A stretch of 64,000 bases of DNA from Octopus sinensis. Its lineage: Eukaryota. The position numbers and the translations under genes were made by a program. Each line of letters begins with the position of its first letter. The stretch's first letter is position 1. Shown here one piece after another: positions 40,446 to 53,839 of this stretch. The notes under the pieces were generated by a model that was not told the origin of the DNA, did not search any database, and saw nothing but the letters and a program-made list of their open reading frames with translations. The DNA lies in contig NC_042997.1 of the NCBI RefSeq assembly GCF_006345805.1, positions 114,948,001 to 115,012,000 of the forward strand. Direction: 5' to 3'.

Positions 40446-41123
<678 letters not shown>

Positions 41124-41129
41124 AGAGAT

Positions 41130-41665
41130 TAGAACATTGACCTCCTGGAAACTGTTCAGAGATGTGCAACCAAGCAAATACTCTCCATCAGGCATCTACC
41201 ATACTCTAAACGCCTTGCTTTTCTGGGCATAAATACATTGAAGCTCCAACATTTGGCAACTGACTTGGTAAACACCCACAAAATTATTAACCATTGTACC
41301 AACAACCACCTTGAACACCTTTTTGAGCTCCATGTGTCTAACACATGTGGGCATGCCTACAAAGTCAGAAAACAGCACAGCTCCCATGACATTCAGAAAC
41401 ATTTTTTCACACTCAGAGTTGCTGAAGCATGGAACAAACAATCTGCATCAGTTGTTAGTTGTGAAGACGTTGCTTCCTTTAAAACCTCCATGCTTCCTGA
41501 AATTCGCTAACACTACACCTGATACCCTCCTCTCCATACGCATGCACACATGTATATTATGACTCATACACTGTTCACTTTCCTGTCTTTTGTACATAAT
41601 TCTATGTATTACAAATGCACCTTTGATGAGTTGTAGTGCACCTGAGCACTATACACAATAATTTC
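41130..41665 (+). mobile_element. CR1-clade LINE 3' fragment
   Basis: IDLLETVQRCATK...LPYSKRL...NTCGHAYKV...FFTLRVAEAWN...SFK motif set, followed by an (ATT)n tail. A near-identical shorter copy lies at ~45620-45825. Confidence 0.82.
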
Positions 41666-41683
41666 ATTATTAGTATTATTATA

Positions 41684-41724
<41 letters not shown>

Positions 41725-41725
41725 A

Positions 41726-42121
41726 CTAGCAGTATTGCCCGGCGTTGCTCGGGTTTGTAAGGGAAATAACTATATAAGCATTTTTAGAGATGTAAAGTAT
41801 AATAGCCATCTCAATATGGTTAACCACAAAGGGGGGTGTTACTGTAGCTTTTTACGTTCTGAGATTTAATAATACTATTTTAGAGAGTTACTTCCCTTAT
41901 ATAAACCGAGCAAAAATGCATTAAAAATGCGGAAAAATTATGTTAAATTTTTTTTAAAATCGTAGACTCATCGTAGACGCGCGCTAATACCCAGAAGGGC
42001 TCAATAGGAATCACGACTATATGATACCCGCTTTTGGTTACACTGCACCGCAAAATGTGGGAGTAGTTAGGAATCTAAATCGTAGGAGACAGACACACAA
42101 CTTCACTTTTATATATAAAGA
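41726..42121 (-). mobile_element. Non-autonomous Helitron (396 bp)
   Basis: On the minus strand: A|TCTTTATATATA start, CCCGAGC-AAC-GCCGGG subterminal hairpin, CTAG|T end, no TSD. Confidence 0.85.
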
Positions 42122-42678
42122 TATGATAGAGAGACAGGTATTAGTTTCTTGCTGTTGGGTTCCACACTGGTAATGCAAATTAACTTCTTATCGCCTGGCA
42201 TATGACTACCTCCCTTGTTGACTCATGTGTTTCTGCATAGTTGCCCATCATCAGCTAGGAATACTGAATTGATGCTCTTGTGACATAGGCCATATCTTGG
42301 GCACTTTTAGAACTGGTGGAGCTTATCTGTTTCTTCAAAAAAAGATAATAAATGAAAAATAAAAGGTTTGGAATAAGAGTTAACTTGAGTAAAAACTGAA
42401 ACATGTCAAAAAATGTTTCTTATTCTGGCACTTGGCCCAAAACAAATCGCCATGGAAATTAATACTTATTATTGGCTAATGGTAAGTGATTACAATCTGT
42501 TACCACAAACTATTTAGTCATTTGGTACATTGCAATCTGATTGGTCATACCTGGAAACACATTTTGATTAACAGAGAATATTTCAGATGCAGGCATGGCT
42601 GTGCGGTTAAGAAGTTGGCTATATAACCATGTTGTTTCAGATTCTGTCCCCCTCCATGCCTGAAACACGTAAAAGAGT

Positions 42679-42958
42679 AAACAGAAAATAGAGAAATATC
42701 AATGAACAGCAATTGACTTACACCAATTATTATTTATTGATTCAAAACAAATAGACTGCATACCATCTAACAGCTGTTTCTGCTTCCAATGTTGTATGGT
42801 ACTGCCATTGATGTGCTAAAAATATCAGTGGTAATACCCTACAACATTGGAAGCAGAAACAGCTGTTAGATGAGATGCAGTCTATTTGTATTGAATTAAT
42901 AAAGGATAAATGATGTAAGTCAATTGCCGTTCATGGATATTTCTCCATTTTCTGTTTT
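42679..42958. repeat. Fold-back element with ~130-bp arms and a partial hammerhead (AGCA-GAAA-CAGCTG-TT-AGATG)
   Basis: The arms are reverse complements around a short spacer at ~42813-42823. A related half-copy lies at ~24130-24220. Confidence 0.8.
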
Positions 42959-43669
42959 CTTCAAATTTCAAATATATATATATAAAGTTAATCCAAACAT
43001 GAAAACACAAAGGGAAAACACAAAGAGAAAACACAACAATGCGAGGACATAGAACAAGTATAGTGTTATTGGACGCTCAGGAAAGGAGGGTTTAATGTTT
43101 TGAGCAGAGCTCTTTGTCAGAAACATAAGAAAAGGAAAGATACAAAGAAGGGAAGACAGAGGAAAAAAATCGCCAAACGGTATACACGTGGTCACATTTT
43201 GATATATATATATATATATATATCATCATCATCATCATCATCATCATTTAACGTCCATTCTCCATGTTAGCATGGGTTGGACGGTTCGACCGGGGATCTG
43301 GGAAGCCAGAAGGCTGCACCAGGCTCCGGTCTTATCTGGCAACGTTTCTACAGCTGGATGCCCTTCCTAACGCCAACCACTCCGTGAGTGTAGTGGGTGC
43401 TTTTTACGTGCCACCTGCACTGGTGCCAGGCGAGGCTGGCATCGGCCACGGTCGGATTGGTGCATTTTATGGAAGCCAGTCGAGGCTGCACTGGCATCTG
43501 CCGGGTGCTAGTCATAGGATTGGTTCAATTTCGATTTCAATTTCGATTTCACTTGCCCCAACAGGTCTTCGCAAGCAAGGGGGGTTGCCATAGGTGCCTG
43601 TCGTCGGATGAGGTTCAATATCGACTTCGCTTGCCTCAACAGGTCTTTGTGTGTCCAAGGGGGGAAAGG

Positions 43670-43719
<50 letters not shown>

Positions 43720-44628
43720 TATATATATAAATATGTGGTGTATATGTGTCTTCTTGTCTTGACTTTTTATGATTGTTGTAAAAGGATGTCATTCATTATC
43801 ATCATCATCATCATCATCATCATTTAAAGTCTGTTTTCCATGCTGGCATGGGTTAGATGGTTTGACAGGAGCTGGCTAGCCAGAGAGCTGAACCAGGCCC
43901 TAATTGTCTGTCCGCTTTGGCATGGCTTCTGTGGCTGGATACCCTTCCTAATGCCAATCATTTTACTGAGCATAATTATCAGCTCAGCAAAAACATGTCT
44001 GGCCATGGGGAAATATTATCTTGCTTGGAAAATGATAAGGGTTGGCACCAAGAAAGGCATCCAGCTGTAGAAAATCTGCTTCAACAGATTCCATGTGACC
44101 CATGCAAACATGAAAAAGTGGACACTTAATAATGACGACAGCGATGATGATGATGACTTGAAGCAAAGTTTGATTAAAATATCAATGTGTATAACATTCA
44201 TAATTACGTAAGTACTTATTCATGAACGAATTATTAATTTAGACAATTAAGCTTACGTCCAGTCAGTAATTTTACTGGAAATGAGCAATGGGACAAGAGC
44301 AGAGATAGTTTCTATTGTATGGTTGTCTTGCAGTGAAAAACCTCCGTTGTTTGCTGGCTGTGGAAGTGTGTTGCTGTTGTTTAAGTTCTCGTACAGTCAT
44401 CCAGTTGAATGACATTGAGTGACAGAGAATCAATTCTTGTCAATATTCAATAGAAGAGAAATCAATAAATAATAGATCTGACACACATTCACGATGAAGG
44501 AGTGAAAAGTTGCTCTGTTTATTAGAACAAAAGACACAGACACAGACACACACACACACACAAGTAGAGAGAGCAAGTGATATATATATATATGTGTATG
44601 TGTATGTGTGTGGAGCGTGTGTATGTGT

Positions 44629-44660
<32 letters not shown>

Positions 44661-44751
44661 CATATATATATACCGGAATAAGCACATAAATGTGAAACAA
44701 GGTGGAAAAAAGAGTAATCAAATACCAGAAGCAGAGTAATATGCTTTATTA

Positions 44752-44857
44752 AAATATCACAAAAACTGTTACTCAGAGTTTCATGTTCCAGTTCGTCGGA
44801 CAGTTTTGTCTGACGAACAGCAACATGAAACTCTGAGAAACAGTTTTTGTGATATTT
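44752..44857. ncRNA. Fold-back pair of hammerhead motifs, same family as 61290
   Basis: Minus strand: AAAACTGT-CCGACGA-ACTGGAACAT-GAAA-CTCTGAG-TA-ACAGTTTT. Plus strand: a degenerate copy. Confidence 0.7.
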
Positions 44858-46089
44858 CTGCTGCTTTTAACAAAGTATATATACATATATATCATTATCA
44901 TCATCATCATCACCATCGTTTAACATCTGCTTTCCATGATAGCATGGGTTGGACGATTTGACTGGAGACTGGCAAACCAGATGGCTGCACCAGGCTCCAA
45001 TCTGATCTGGCAGAGTTTCTACAGCTGGATGCCCTTCTTAATGCCAACCACTCCAAGAGTGAAGTGGGTGCTTTTACGTGCCACCGGCATGAGGGCCAGT
45101 CAGGTGGTACTGGCAACGGCCATGCTCAAGTGGTGTTTTTATGTACCACTTGCACAGGAGCCAGTCCAGCGGCACTGGCAACGACTTCGATCGAATGTTT
45201 TTCATGTGCCACTGGCACAAGTGCCAGTAAGGCGATGCTGGTAATGTTCATGTTTGAATGGTGCTTTATATGTACCACCAACATGGAAGCCAGTCAGCTG
45301 CTCTGGCAGTGATCATGCTCGGATGGTGCTCATAGTGCCCCACTGGCACTGGTGCCAGTCATCGAATTTGTGAATTTGATTCAATATCAATTTCACTTGC
45401 CTCAGCATGTCTTCACAAGCAGAGTTTAGTGTCCAGGGATGTGGCCTAGTGGTTAAGGGTGTTGCACTCATGATTCTTAGATTGTAGGTTTGATTCCCAG
45501 ACCAGGCAGTGCATTGTGTTCTTGAGCAAAACACTTGATTTCACATTGCTCTGGTCCTCTCAGCTGTAAATGGCTCACCCTGCAACAGAATAGCCTGCAG
45601 ATCAGGGGAAATATTGACCAGCATGCCTACAAAGTCAGAAAACAGCACAGCTCCCATGACTTTCAGAAACATTTTTTCACACTCAGAGTTGCTGAAGCAT
45701 GGAACGAAATACCTGCATCAGTTGTTAGCTGTCAAGACATTGCATCCTTTAAAACCTCCATGCTTCCTGAAATTCACCAACACTACAAGCAAATATACCC
45801 CACCCCACTTCATACGCATGCACAGGAGTTAAACCTTAACTGTGGAAGTGAAAAATAGAGAGAGCGAGAGGTGTTTAGTTCAAACTAATTCCAATAACTC
45901 TGTTTTAATTCATAGAAATACAGGGATTGATTGATCCTGTTAACTAATTAATGGAATAATCATGTAGCTATAAATAATGTATCATCATCATCTGAATGAA
46001 TTACTAATGCAGCTGGTGTGATATATTCTAGCATTACTGACATGTAGAGTTATGCTAAACAGCTGTTGCTGTGTGTAGAATGGATCTGG

Positions 46090-46320
46090 CTGTTGGATGA
46101 GTTTGTCGTGAAGATCATCAAGTCAACCTTCCTTTAAAAAGGGAGGGAAAGCTTCGCTTTTTGGTGGCCTTGGTGAAACAGATTGTGTAGGGGTCAAAGC
46201 TGAAAGGATTGAGAGCAGACATTTTTCTCTTCAGTCAAGCCTCTATTGAATTTTTGAAGCTCCACCTGAAAAGAAAAGGGAGGATGGAGTGGGAAGTATT
46301 CTTCAACTGTGAATTCATCT
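46090..46320 (+). mobile_element. Possible degenerate L1/Tx1-type ORF2 C-terminal fragment
   Basis: FLVALVKQIV*GSKLKGLRADIFL...EFLKLHLKRK resembles the [LI]xxxK.xIW.xR region that follows the Tx1 ORF2 zinc finger. Recognised by eye only. Confidence 0.4.
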
Positions 46321-47352
46321 AATAATAATTATTTCAAATTTTTGCTCCAAGGGCAGCCTAGGGGTGGTGGGGATGAGTTGATTACATCGAACCCCTCCCC
46401 CCAGTGTTCAACTGGTCCTTGAAAGGACAAAAGGCAAAGTTGACTTTAGCGGAATTTGAACTCAGAACGTAGCAATGGGCATAATACTGCTAAACATTTT
46501 TTCCAGCATGCTAACCATTCTGACAGCTCGCTGCCTTAATTTGTCTAATAATAATGACATCAGTAAAAGATCAAAGAACTGACCGAAAGGTAGCTTTAGT
46601 TGGTACAACATGATGGCCTCTACTTTGAAGAGTGATAAATAGATCTGAAGAGTTGGGTCAGAAGTGGAGGAGGTGAACTGGAGCAGAGAAACTAAGAAGC
46701 TTACGCCTGATTTGAATGGCCAGCCTAATGTTTTGCCCAATTTAGCATCACCATTTTGTCTTTGGGGGATTATAGCAAAGGTCATCCTTCAGCAGGTGTT
46801 TTAACCAGACCCTGGTTATTTTTCAGGTGGTCTTATTATTTACTCAGATAGGTGTGGGTCAATCAGACATATAACACTTAGGTAATCATCATCATCATCA
46901 TCATCATCGTTTAACGTCCGTTTTCCGCGCTAGCACGGGTTGGACGGTTTCGACCGGGGTCTGGGGAGCTCGGGACTGCCCCAGGCTCCAGTCTAGTCTG
47001 GCAGTGTTTCTACAGCTGGATGCCCTTCCTAACGCCAACCACTCCGCGAGTGTAGTGGGTGTTTTTTACATGCCACCTGCACAGGTGCCAGAGGGGTCTG
47101 GCATTGGCCACGTTCGGATGGTGCTTTTTATGTGGGGGGGGGGCGTGCAGAAATATAGGGGAGCACCAGTGGGGAGGGGTGGTTCAGAGAAATGATGACA
47201 GGTTCTAGGCAAGTAGAACGTAGGATATCGAGAGAAGGGTAATGCATGGTGAAATAGCGTATTGAAGAGGGGGGGGGTTCGAAGAGTAGACACCTATAAT
47301 GGTGGTGGGAGAAGCGACATCCGGTATAGATGGAGCAAAAATATAGATATCC

Positions 47353-47428
47353 GGTATTGGTGGTGGGGGTGGGTATTGGCGGTGGGGGTGGGTATTGGCG
47401 GTGGGGGGGTGGGTATTGGCGGTGGGGA
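47353..47428 (+). repeat. G-rich minisatellite (GGTATTGGCGGTGGGGGTG) x4
   Basis: Four 19-20 bp units directly visible, followed by (AAT)n. Confidence 0.9.
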
Positions 47429-47451
47429 TAATAATAATAATTAATAATAAC

Positions 47452-47524
<73 letters not shown>

Positions 47525-47534
47525 ATAATAATCA

Positions 47535-48001
47535 TGCCTCCTCATTGATATGACTGTCCCAATCGATATAAACGTATCTGTCAAGACCTACCAAAAACTG
47601 AGCAAGTATAAAGATCTTGAAACAGAAATTAGCAAAATGTGGAACCTCAAGACTAAAACAACACCTGTTGTCATAGGTGCACTGGGAATGATAGCAAAAA
47701 AGGCTTATTGCTACCTAGCTCAGATACTAGGAAATCTAGAAATGGCAAAAATTCAAAAGATAGTGTTCATGGGAACTGCCCATATTCTACATAAAATAAT
47801 ATCTATGTAATCTCAAATTTTAAAACAAACACAATTTTCTTATGGTTTTTTAAACATTCTCTAGAACAACAATATGTACAGAACCAAATATATGGCACTC
47901 TACGCATAACACCAACATGAACTTCTACCTTGTTGTCTCTTAAGATCTCTGGGTGAGACTTGGAGCCAAATTGTACAAATGCAAAGCAATGGTCAAACAT
48001 A
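47535..48001 (+). mobile_element. Second R4/Dong-type RLE fragment with 3'UTR
   Basis: CLLIDMTVP...KLSKYKDLE...VVIGALG...GTAHIL, embedded in (AAT)n on both sides. Confidence 0.85.
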
Positions 48002-48018
48002 AAATAATAATAATGATG

Positions 48019-48059
<41 letters not shown>

Positions 48060-48448
48060 TGATGATGTTAATAATAATAACATTTAAATTATTGAAGCTA
48101 CAAGGACAGGTCTTTACATTAATTGAGAGAGGCCATTTCGAATTGCAGTGGCCATCAAGCAAGGGAGATTACTCTTGTTGCCTTAGCAGAAAATCTTTTT
48201 TCGCTTGAATCCATCACCATTTCATGCAGTGAATATTACTAATAGCGAGGAAGATAGAAATTAACGCAAACATGTGGTAAATGATGGCGCCTGGATTTAC
48301 ACATAGAGTCAGTTAAATTATAATTTAAACGAAAGTAAATTCGGCAATCTGAGAAGAGTAGCGATAACCTACTTCGGCAACAATTCGAGAAAGTTCGAAA
48401 AAAAAAGCTAGCATTTTGGAGCTTCTCCAATGTGTGTGTGTGTTTGAG

Positions 48449-48480
<32 letters not shown>

Positions 48481-49478
48481 AAGGGCAAGAGAAAAAGAAG
48501 AAAGGGAGAGAGAAAGAAAGAAAGAAAAAGAGAGAGAGAAAGAAAGAAAGAAAGAAAGGGAGAGAGACTGTGTGAGTATGTGGTGGTCACTTTGGTTGAG
48601 GGCTACTCAAACTGGCATGAAATAAATCGTTGATAAAATAAGATCAAAAACTGAAACAACAATATTAAATATTATTAAAAGGGAAAACATTTTACTCCGA
48701 GTATTTTTCCTACATCCACCTAAGGTGGTATTCCGACAGTAATCCTTCGTTAGTAACGTTTTTTTCCCCCTTTTCCTTTTTTTTTTTTTTAGCTGTAGGC
48801 GACTTAGGAAAATAAAGCTACATTTCAAAATTTTTATTATCGAATATTCTTGTAAGAGGTAAAATTCTAATTAATTAAAGACCGAAAATGAGTTGATAAT
48901 TAAATTACATGTAAGAAAATGCTTCCTTTTTCTAGACAGGCTGATTTTTTTGATTTTTTAATTGCAGCCTTTCAAATATTATTTTTCTGCACAAGGATTG
49001 ATTAAATGCTTAACATGGTCCCTTTCGAATGATAAGTATATCCCTATATTACATTATCCTGACCGTAATTGTTATACAGAATTGGTAAAGAAGAATCCCT
49101 GTAAGTTAGTGACGAGCTAAAGGGAAATAACTGCTATAATTTTTTTAACTGTAAATACTATCCGTCATTTTATGATGTTCTTGGGGAAAAAAAAATCTTT
49201 TTGACAATTCTCTTAGAATCTTACGTTCCAAATTTGTATGAAATCCTATTGTAACTGCATTTAAAACCGAAGTTCCCAATTATTATAAACCCAAACTGGA
49301 ATACCAACTTTACGAGGTTTTAATCGACTAAAAATACAGCAGTCTACAATACAAACAAAGATTGCTAAATTGTAAGCAAAACCAAACTTCAACGCAATAA
49401 CGATTTTATGTAACGAGTTGCTAGTCTCGACTAACTAAAACCAACACTGAACACGTCATGCCACAAACAGAACAGAAC

Positions 49479-51116
49479 GATTTTTTTATTACCCATAAAT
49501 GGCCCACAAAGAGGGACATATATCACATTGGGGACATACAACAATTGCAAAAAATAAAATAAAATGAAACGGATGATATAATGAAAGATGGAAAGATGTA
49601 AAAATGAAAATGGTGTTACTTGCCCCCTCAAGTAACATCACTTGCTTCCTTTCCTCTGTTTTCCACTATGTTTAAGCCATACCTCTTTTTCAGTTCTTTA
49701 AATTCGATAACCTGTGGAAGCATTTCCTTGTCAAAGTCAATCTTCCACAGTTCATACTCCCCCTTGTGCCTCTCTACTTCCATCCTTTGCTGTTCCGTTA
49801 ATAACAGCACCACACCTTCCACTCCATCCTCTGCCTCTACATCAACATCAACCGTGTTCTCCCATTCAATTGCCTTTTCAAACAGGCCCTCATCGTATAT
49901 TATACAAGCAAAACAGCTAATGGGAGGGGAAATTTGTGAGTCATTGTGTGAATCTGATCTTTTCTTTTGTTTTTGTGATGGAGGGGAATGGGAAGGCTTA
50001 GTGTCTGCAGGGCGAGGGTGGGACAAAGAAGGTATGGGTGGGCTTTGGGTAGTTGTTGGTGGAAGTTCTGTGTGTATCAGACTTGTCTTTTCCTCTTCCT
50101 TCTCTTTCTTTTTCTGGTATTTTCCCATTCTTCCCCTTTTTCTGGAACCATTTCTTCCTCTTCTTGTCCTTCCTGGGGTTCTCTTGTGTCTTCTCCTTAT
50201 GGTCTTCTTGTATTTCCTCCACTCTTTTATCTCGTGGAGGGCATTTCGCTCTTATGTGGCCCTTCTGGCCACATTTAAAACAGTGAGTTATTCTGCCCTC
50301 CACCCTTACATTCATTATGGTTTCGTTTACAGTCACCATTTCCACCATTTCTTCTATTGCCTCATTGGAACCTTGAATTATCCTGTTCAAAATTTGGCCT
50401 TTCCCAATTCATGCTTTCCGTCTTTGTGGCCTGGTGCACCGCTATTTTGTCCTCGGTTTCAGCTAAGACAACAGCCGCTATCCAGGCCACATCTATCTCT
50501 GGTGGAATTCCTTCTACCCTTATCTGAGATGTTCTCTGTCCCAGGTACGTAGGTAGAAGTACTAACTCACTTAGTGGTGTTGCCGCGTGCTTTTCCACCA
50601 TGTTTTCATTTATGAATATATCTTCAACTTCTCCAAATATCGACCCTCTGCCAAGATATGTTATTTCTTGCCAAATTGGCCTCAGCACCTTCTTTATTTG
50701 CTCTGTTGTCATGTGGTCAATTTTTCCCTTCTTAATCAAGTAGGTCTTGTATGTCACCGTTCTTCCTTTCATTATTTTTGTCGTTTCATGTGGTGGTGGT
50801 GATGGGGGGGGGGTTACTTGCATGTTGTAACCATCCCAACTTAATAATTTCTTGAATTTATCTATTTCGTTCTCCACATTGTCATCTGATTCTCCGGCGA
50901 CATCTGCGAACTTCCTCTTTCTTCCTTCCAATTCCTTGCCCGTAACATCAATAGACCTTAACAGTTCTTCAGATGTTGACATCTCTGACCCGCTTAGGTC
51001 TGAGTAAAATAAATTCCTTTTGCTAGCCATCACTAACTCTGGAAGAGAGAAAACATGACCAAATTGCTGCAAAACAGCACACAGCAATCAAAACTTCACA
51101 AAAGCAATTCAACAGG
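49479..51116 (-). mobile_element. Second ORF1/gag-only retroelement, with CCHC zinc knuckle CFKCGQKGHIRAKC and two frameshifts
   Basis: ATG at 51030 (MASKRN), ORF pieces 51030-50362, 50390-49998 and 50128-49628. AATAAA ~140 nt after the stop. A 15-bp direct repeat CAAACAGAACAGAAC lies at 49464-49478 and 51117-51131. The protein aligns with the 26-27 kb element. Confidence 0.8.
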
Positions 51117-51294
51117 CAAACAGAACAGAACTCCGTGCATATAACAACAATCAAGACAATCAAAATCACGTAATCAAAACTAAAATCACAAAACCAATTT
51201 GAAACTGAAATCCCCATTTGAAATATCAAGACACTGACATTATTTAAAAAGAACTTCATAGTTTCAAAAGGTAAATAACAACAACAACAACAAT

Positions 51295-51855
51295 AAATGC
51301 CCTGATGCAGTACCAGGCAGTGGCTCTCGTGGCTTCTGATCTTTACTGATTGGAAGTGTTATTATGTACATTGTTCTGTCTTGGTATAAAAGATGAAATA
51401 CAGCAAATATTCTGCTCAATGCCACAGATTTGCTTGTCACTTGTTTGACCTTAACCAGTTGAACATGTCCCTTAGTGGCTGGTGATATGTGAATCTCTGA
51501 TCACAAGCAGAAGTAGTGGGGGAGCATCATAGCCATGTGTTGAGAGGGATTCTTTGGGGTTTGAATGATTCACCTCTGGAAACATGGATGTTTCGTTCAA
51601 CATTCTTAAACAACCCTTATTCAAGGACCTTTTGAATGGGATGGGTTACTCGACCAGAAAAAAATTCTAACTGGGCCCCACCTGCAAGGTCATATGCTGT
51701 TTATCTTGATATGAGATCACCATGTCACCCACATTTGGTTGTGATGCATGTGCCTGGTGTACCCTTATCAGACAGGTAGTCATGATGGGTATACTGGGCT
51801 TCGTATATTTTACCCCAGTGTCACTTTGATGGCATGCACTGCTCTCTCATTCAAT
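51295..51855 (+). repeat. Probable 3'UTR remnant of a (TAA)n-associated retroelement
   Basis: GC-richer non-coding block bounded by (CAA)n/(AAT)n and ending ...CTCTCATTC(AAT)n. No ORF. Confidence 0.4.
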
Positions 51856-53839
51856 AATAATAATAATAATAATAATGATTCTTCAATTTTAACACAAGAC
51901 AGCAATTTTGAGGGAAGGGATTAGTCAGTTACATCTATTCTGGTACATGACTAGTAATTTATTTTATTACCCTCTCCCCTTGTAGGATGAAAGGCAAAGT
52001 TGAACTTAGCAAGATTTGAACTCAGAACACAAAGGGCTGAAAGAAATGCTGCTAAGTACTTTGTTTGGTGTGAAGGTGCTCCTGCTATGTGATGCCATAA
52101 ATGGTTTCAAATTTCAAATGAAGGCTGGCAGTTTTGGCATGGTTTCTATAGCTAGATGCCATTCTTAACACCAGCCACTTGGTACCCTTTTTATCATAGT
52201 AGCAACACTATTGAGATCAGTAAGTAACTAACAAGATAAGACCCCTCAACTGGGTGAGGGTGTAGTATTAAGGCAGGCAGCTTTGTTGCAGGTGATGAAA
52301 GGGGGTTAAAGTATGACAGAGGGACAGGAATAGGTGTCTTGCTGTAGAGGAGATAAAAGGTAACCCCAGCTGGAAAGGGAGAAAAGAAGTGGCAGTGATG
52401 AAATGTCAGGATATTCCTTCAAGGTACAAGAAGGTGAGTATAAAAGAGAATTGGGATCTATTCTATCTCAATCACAGAGTTTTTAATTAATTTTTTTAAC
52501 TAAACAGTTTGAAACTTCAAATACTGATAGAATTTCTCACATAGAACACGGTTTACTCTGAACGTTTTTGGCAAAAATTTCCTATTTTAGAAGTCATTTC
52601 ATGTTAAAGGCATGATTTTATCTTACAATAATCAACAACAAACACATTTCGTCAATATAAAAGTCTTTATTAGATAAAAAATAACATTATCAAAACATGA
52701 AGGTAAAACAAAACAAATAGCAGCTTATATACCAGAAAATACGGTAATTGTAGTGGCAGTGACAAGTTTGCTTGCTGGTTGCTAGTGTATAAGAGAGGGA
52801 AAGAGTAAGGCATGCATGGTGCTGACTAGAATAGAACAGAGTGGCGACATTTAGTAGAGGTGACCCGGAAATTGTTCCTCTTCGATTACTATCGCAAACA
52901 GCAGTAGCTTTCTTCAACCGAATACACGTCGATTGGTTAAAATTACCCAAATATGACAACTTTAACACGAAATAACTTCTATAATAGGAAGATTGCGGTT
53001 TCGATTCCAAGACCGGGCGTTGTGTGTGTTTATTGAACGAAAACACCTAAAGCTCCACGAGGCTCCGGCAGGGGGTGGTGGCAACCCCTGTTGTATCTTT
53101 CGCTCCAACTTCCTCTCACTCTTTCTTCCTGTTTCTTGTACCCGACTTCCTATACAACCACTGAGCCTGGATGCGCATTCATTCATCTGTCGATGCTCTT
53201 GGTGTCGGGGGTTGACCTGCTTTCTCTTCCGCAGGTCTTACAAATAGCAAAGGACCTCATTGCGGACTTCTCCCACTACAGGAGACGCGATCTGGCGAGC
53301 TCTGGGATGAAGACCACTTCGCTCAACAAACAAACAAACTGCAGCAAGTATATGATGCTTTGAAAGCCTGTTACTTGGCATTGATCAATTGAAGATGTAC
53401 ACTCCTACAACATGACAATGACCCAGCACACACTTCCAATGTCACTGAGTGTAAACTTGAGGGGCCGAATGGGCTGCCCCCCACTGCCTGTAGTCCATCA
53501 GATTACCACCTTTTCCAAGTCATGGCTTCATTTTCTGCATGGACAGAGGTTCGACAGTGTGAAAGAGGTTGAAAACTATGACTGGTTGTGCTCTTCAGCA
53601 GCTTGCTGTAAATAAAATACAGGATGACGGCAGGGATATCTATAAAGTGATAGATATATCACTAAGTGACATAAAGTGATATGTATAAATGGGTTGGCAT
53701 TAGGAAGGGCATCCAGATGTAGAAACCATGCCAAAGCAGTCATTAGAGTATGACACAGCTCCTTCACTCATCAGACTCTATTGAACCATCCAACCCATCC
53801 CAAGCTGGATGGTATTGATATGTACCACTACAGTCATCA

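Noticed and set aside
49620-50552. 310-aa plus-strand ORF, the longest in the track
   Set aside because: Antisense shadow of the purine-rich gag-like ORF, with low-complexity F/S/L content.
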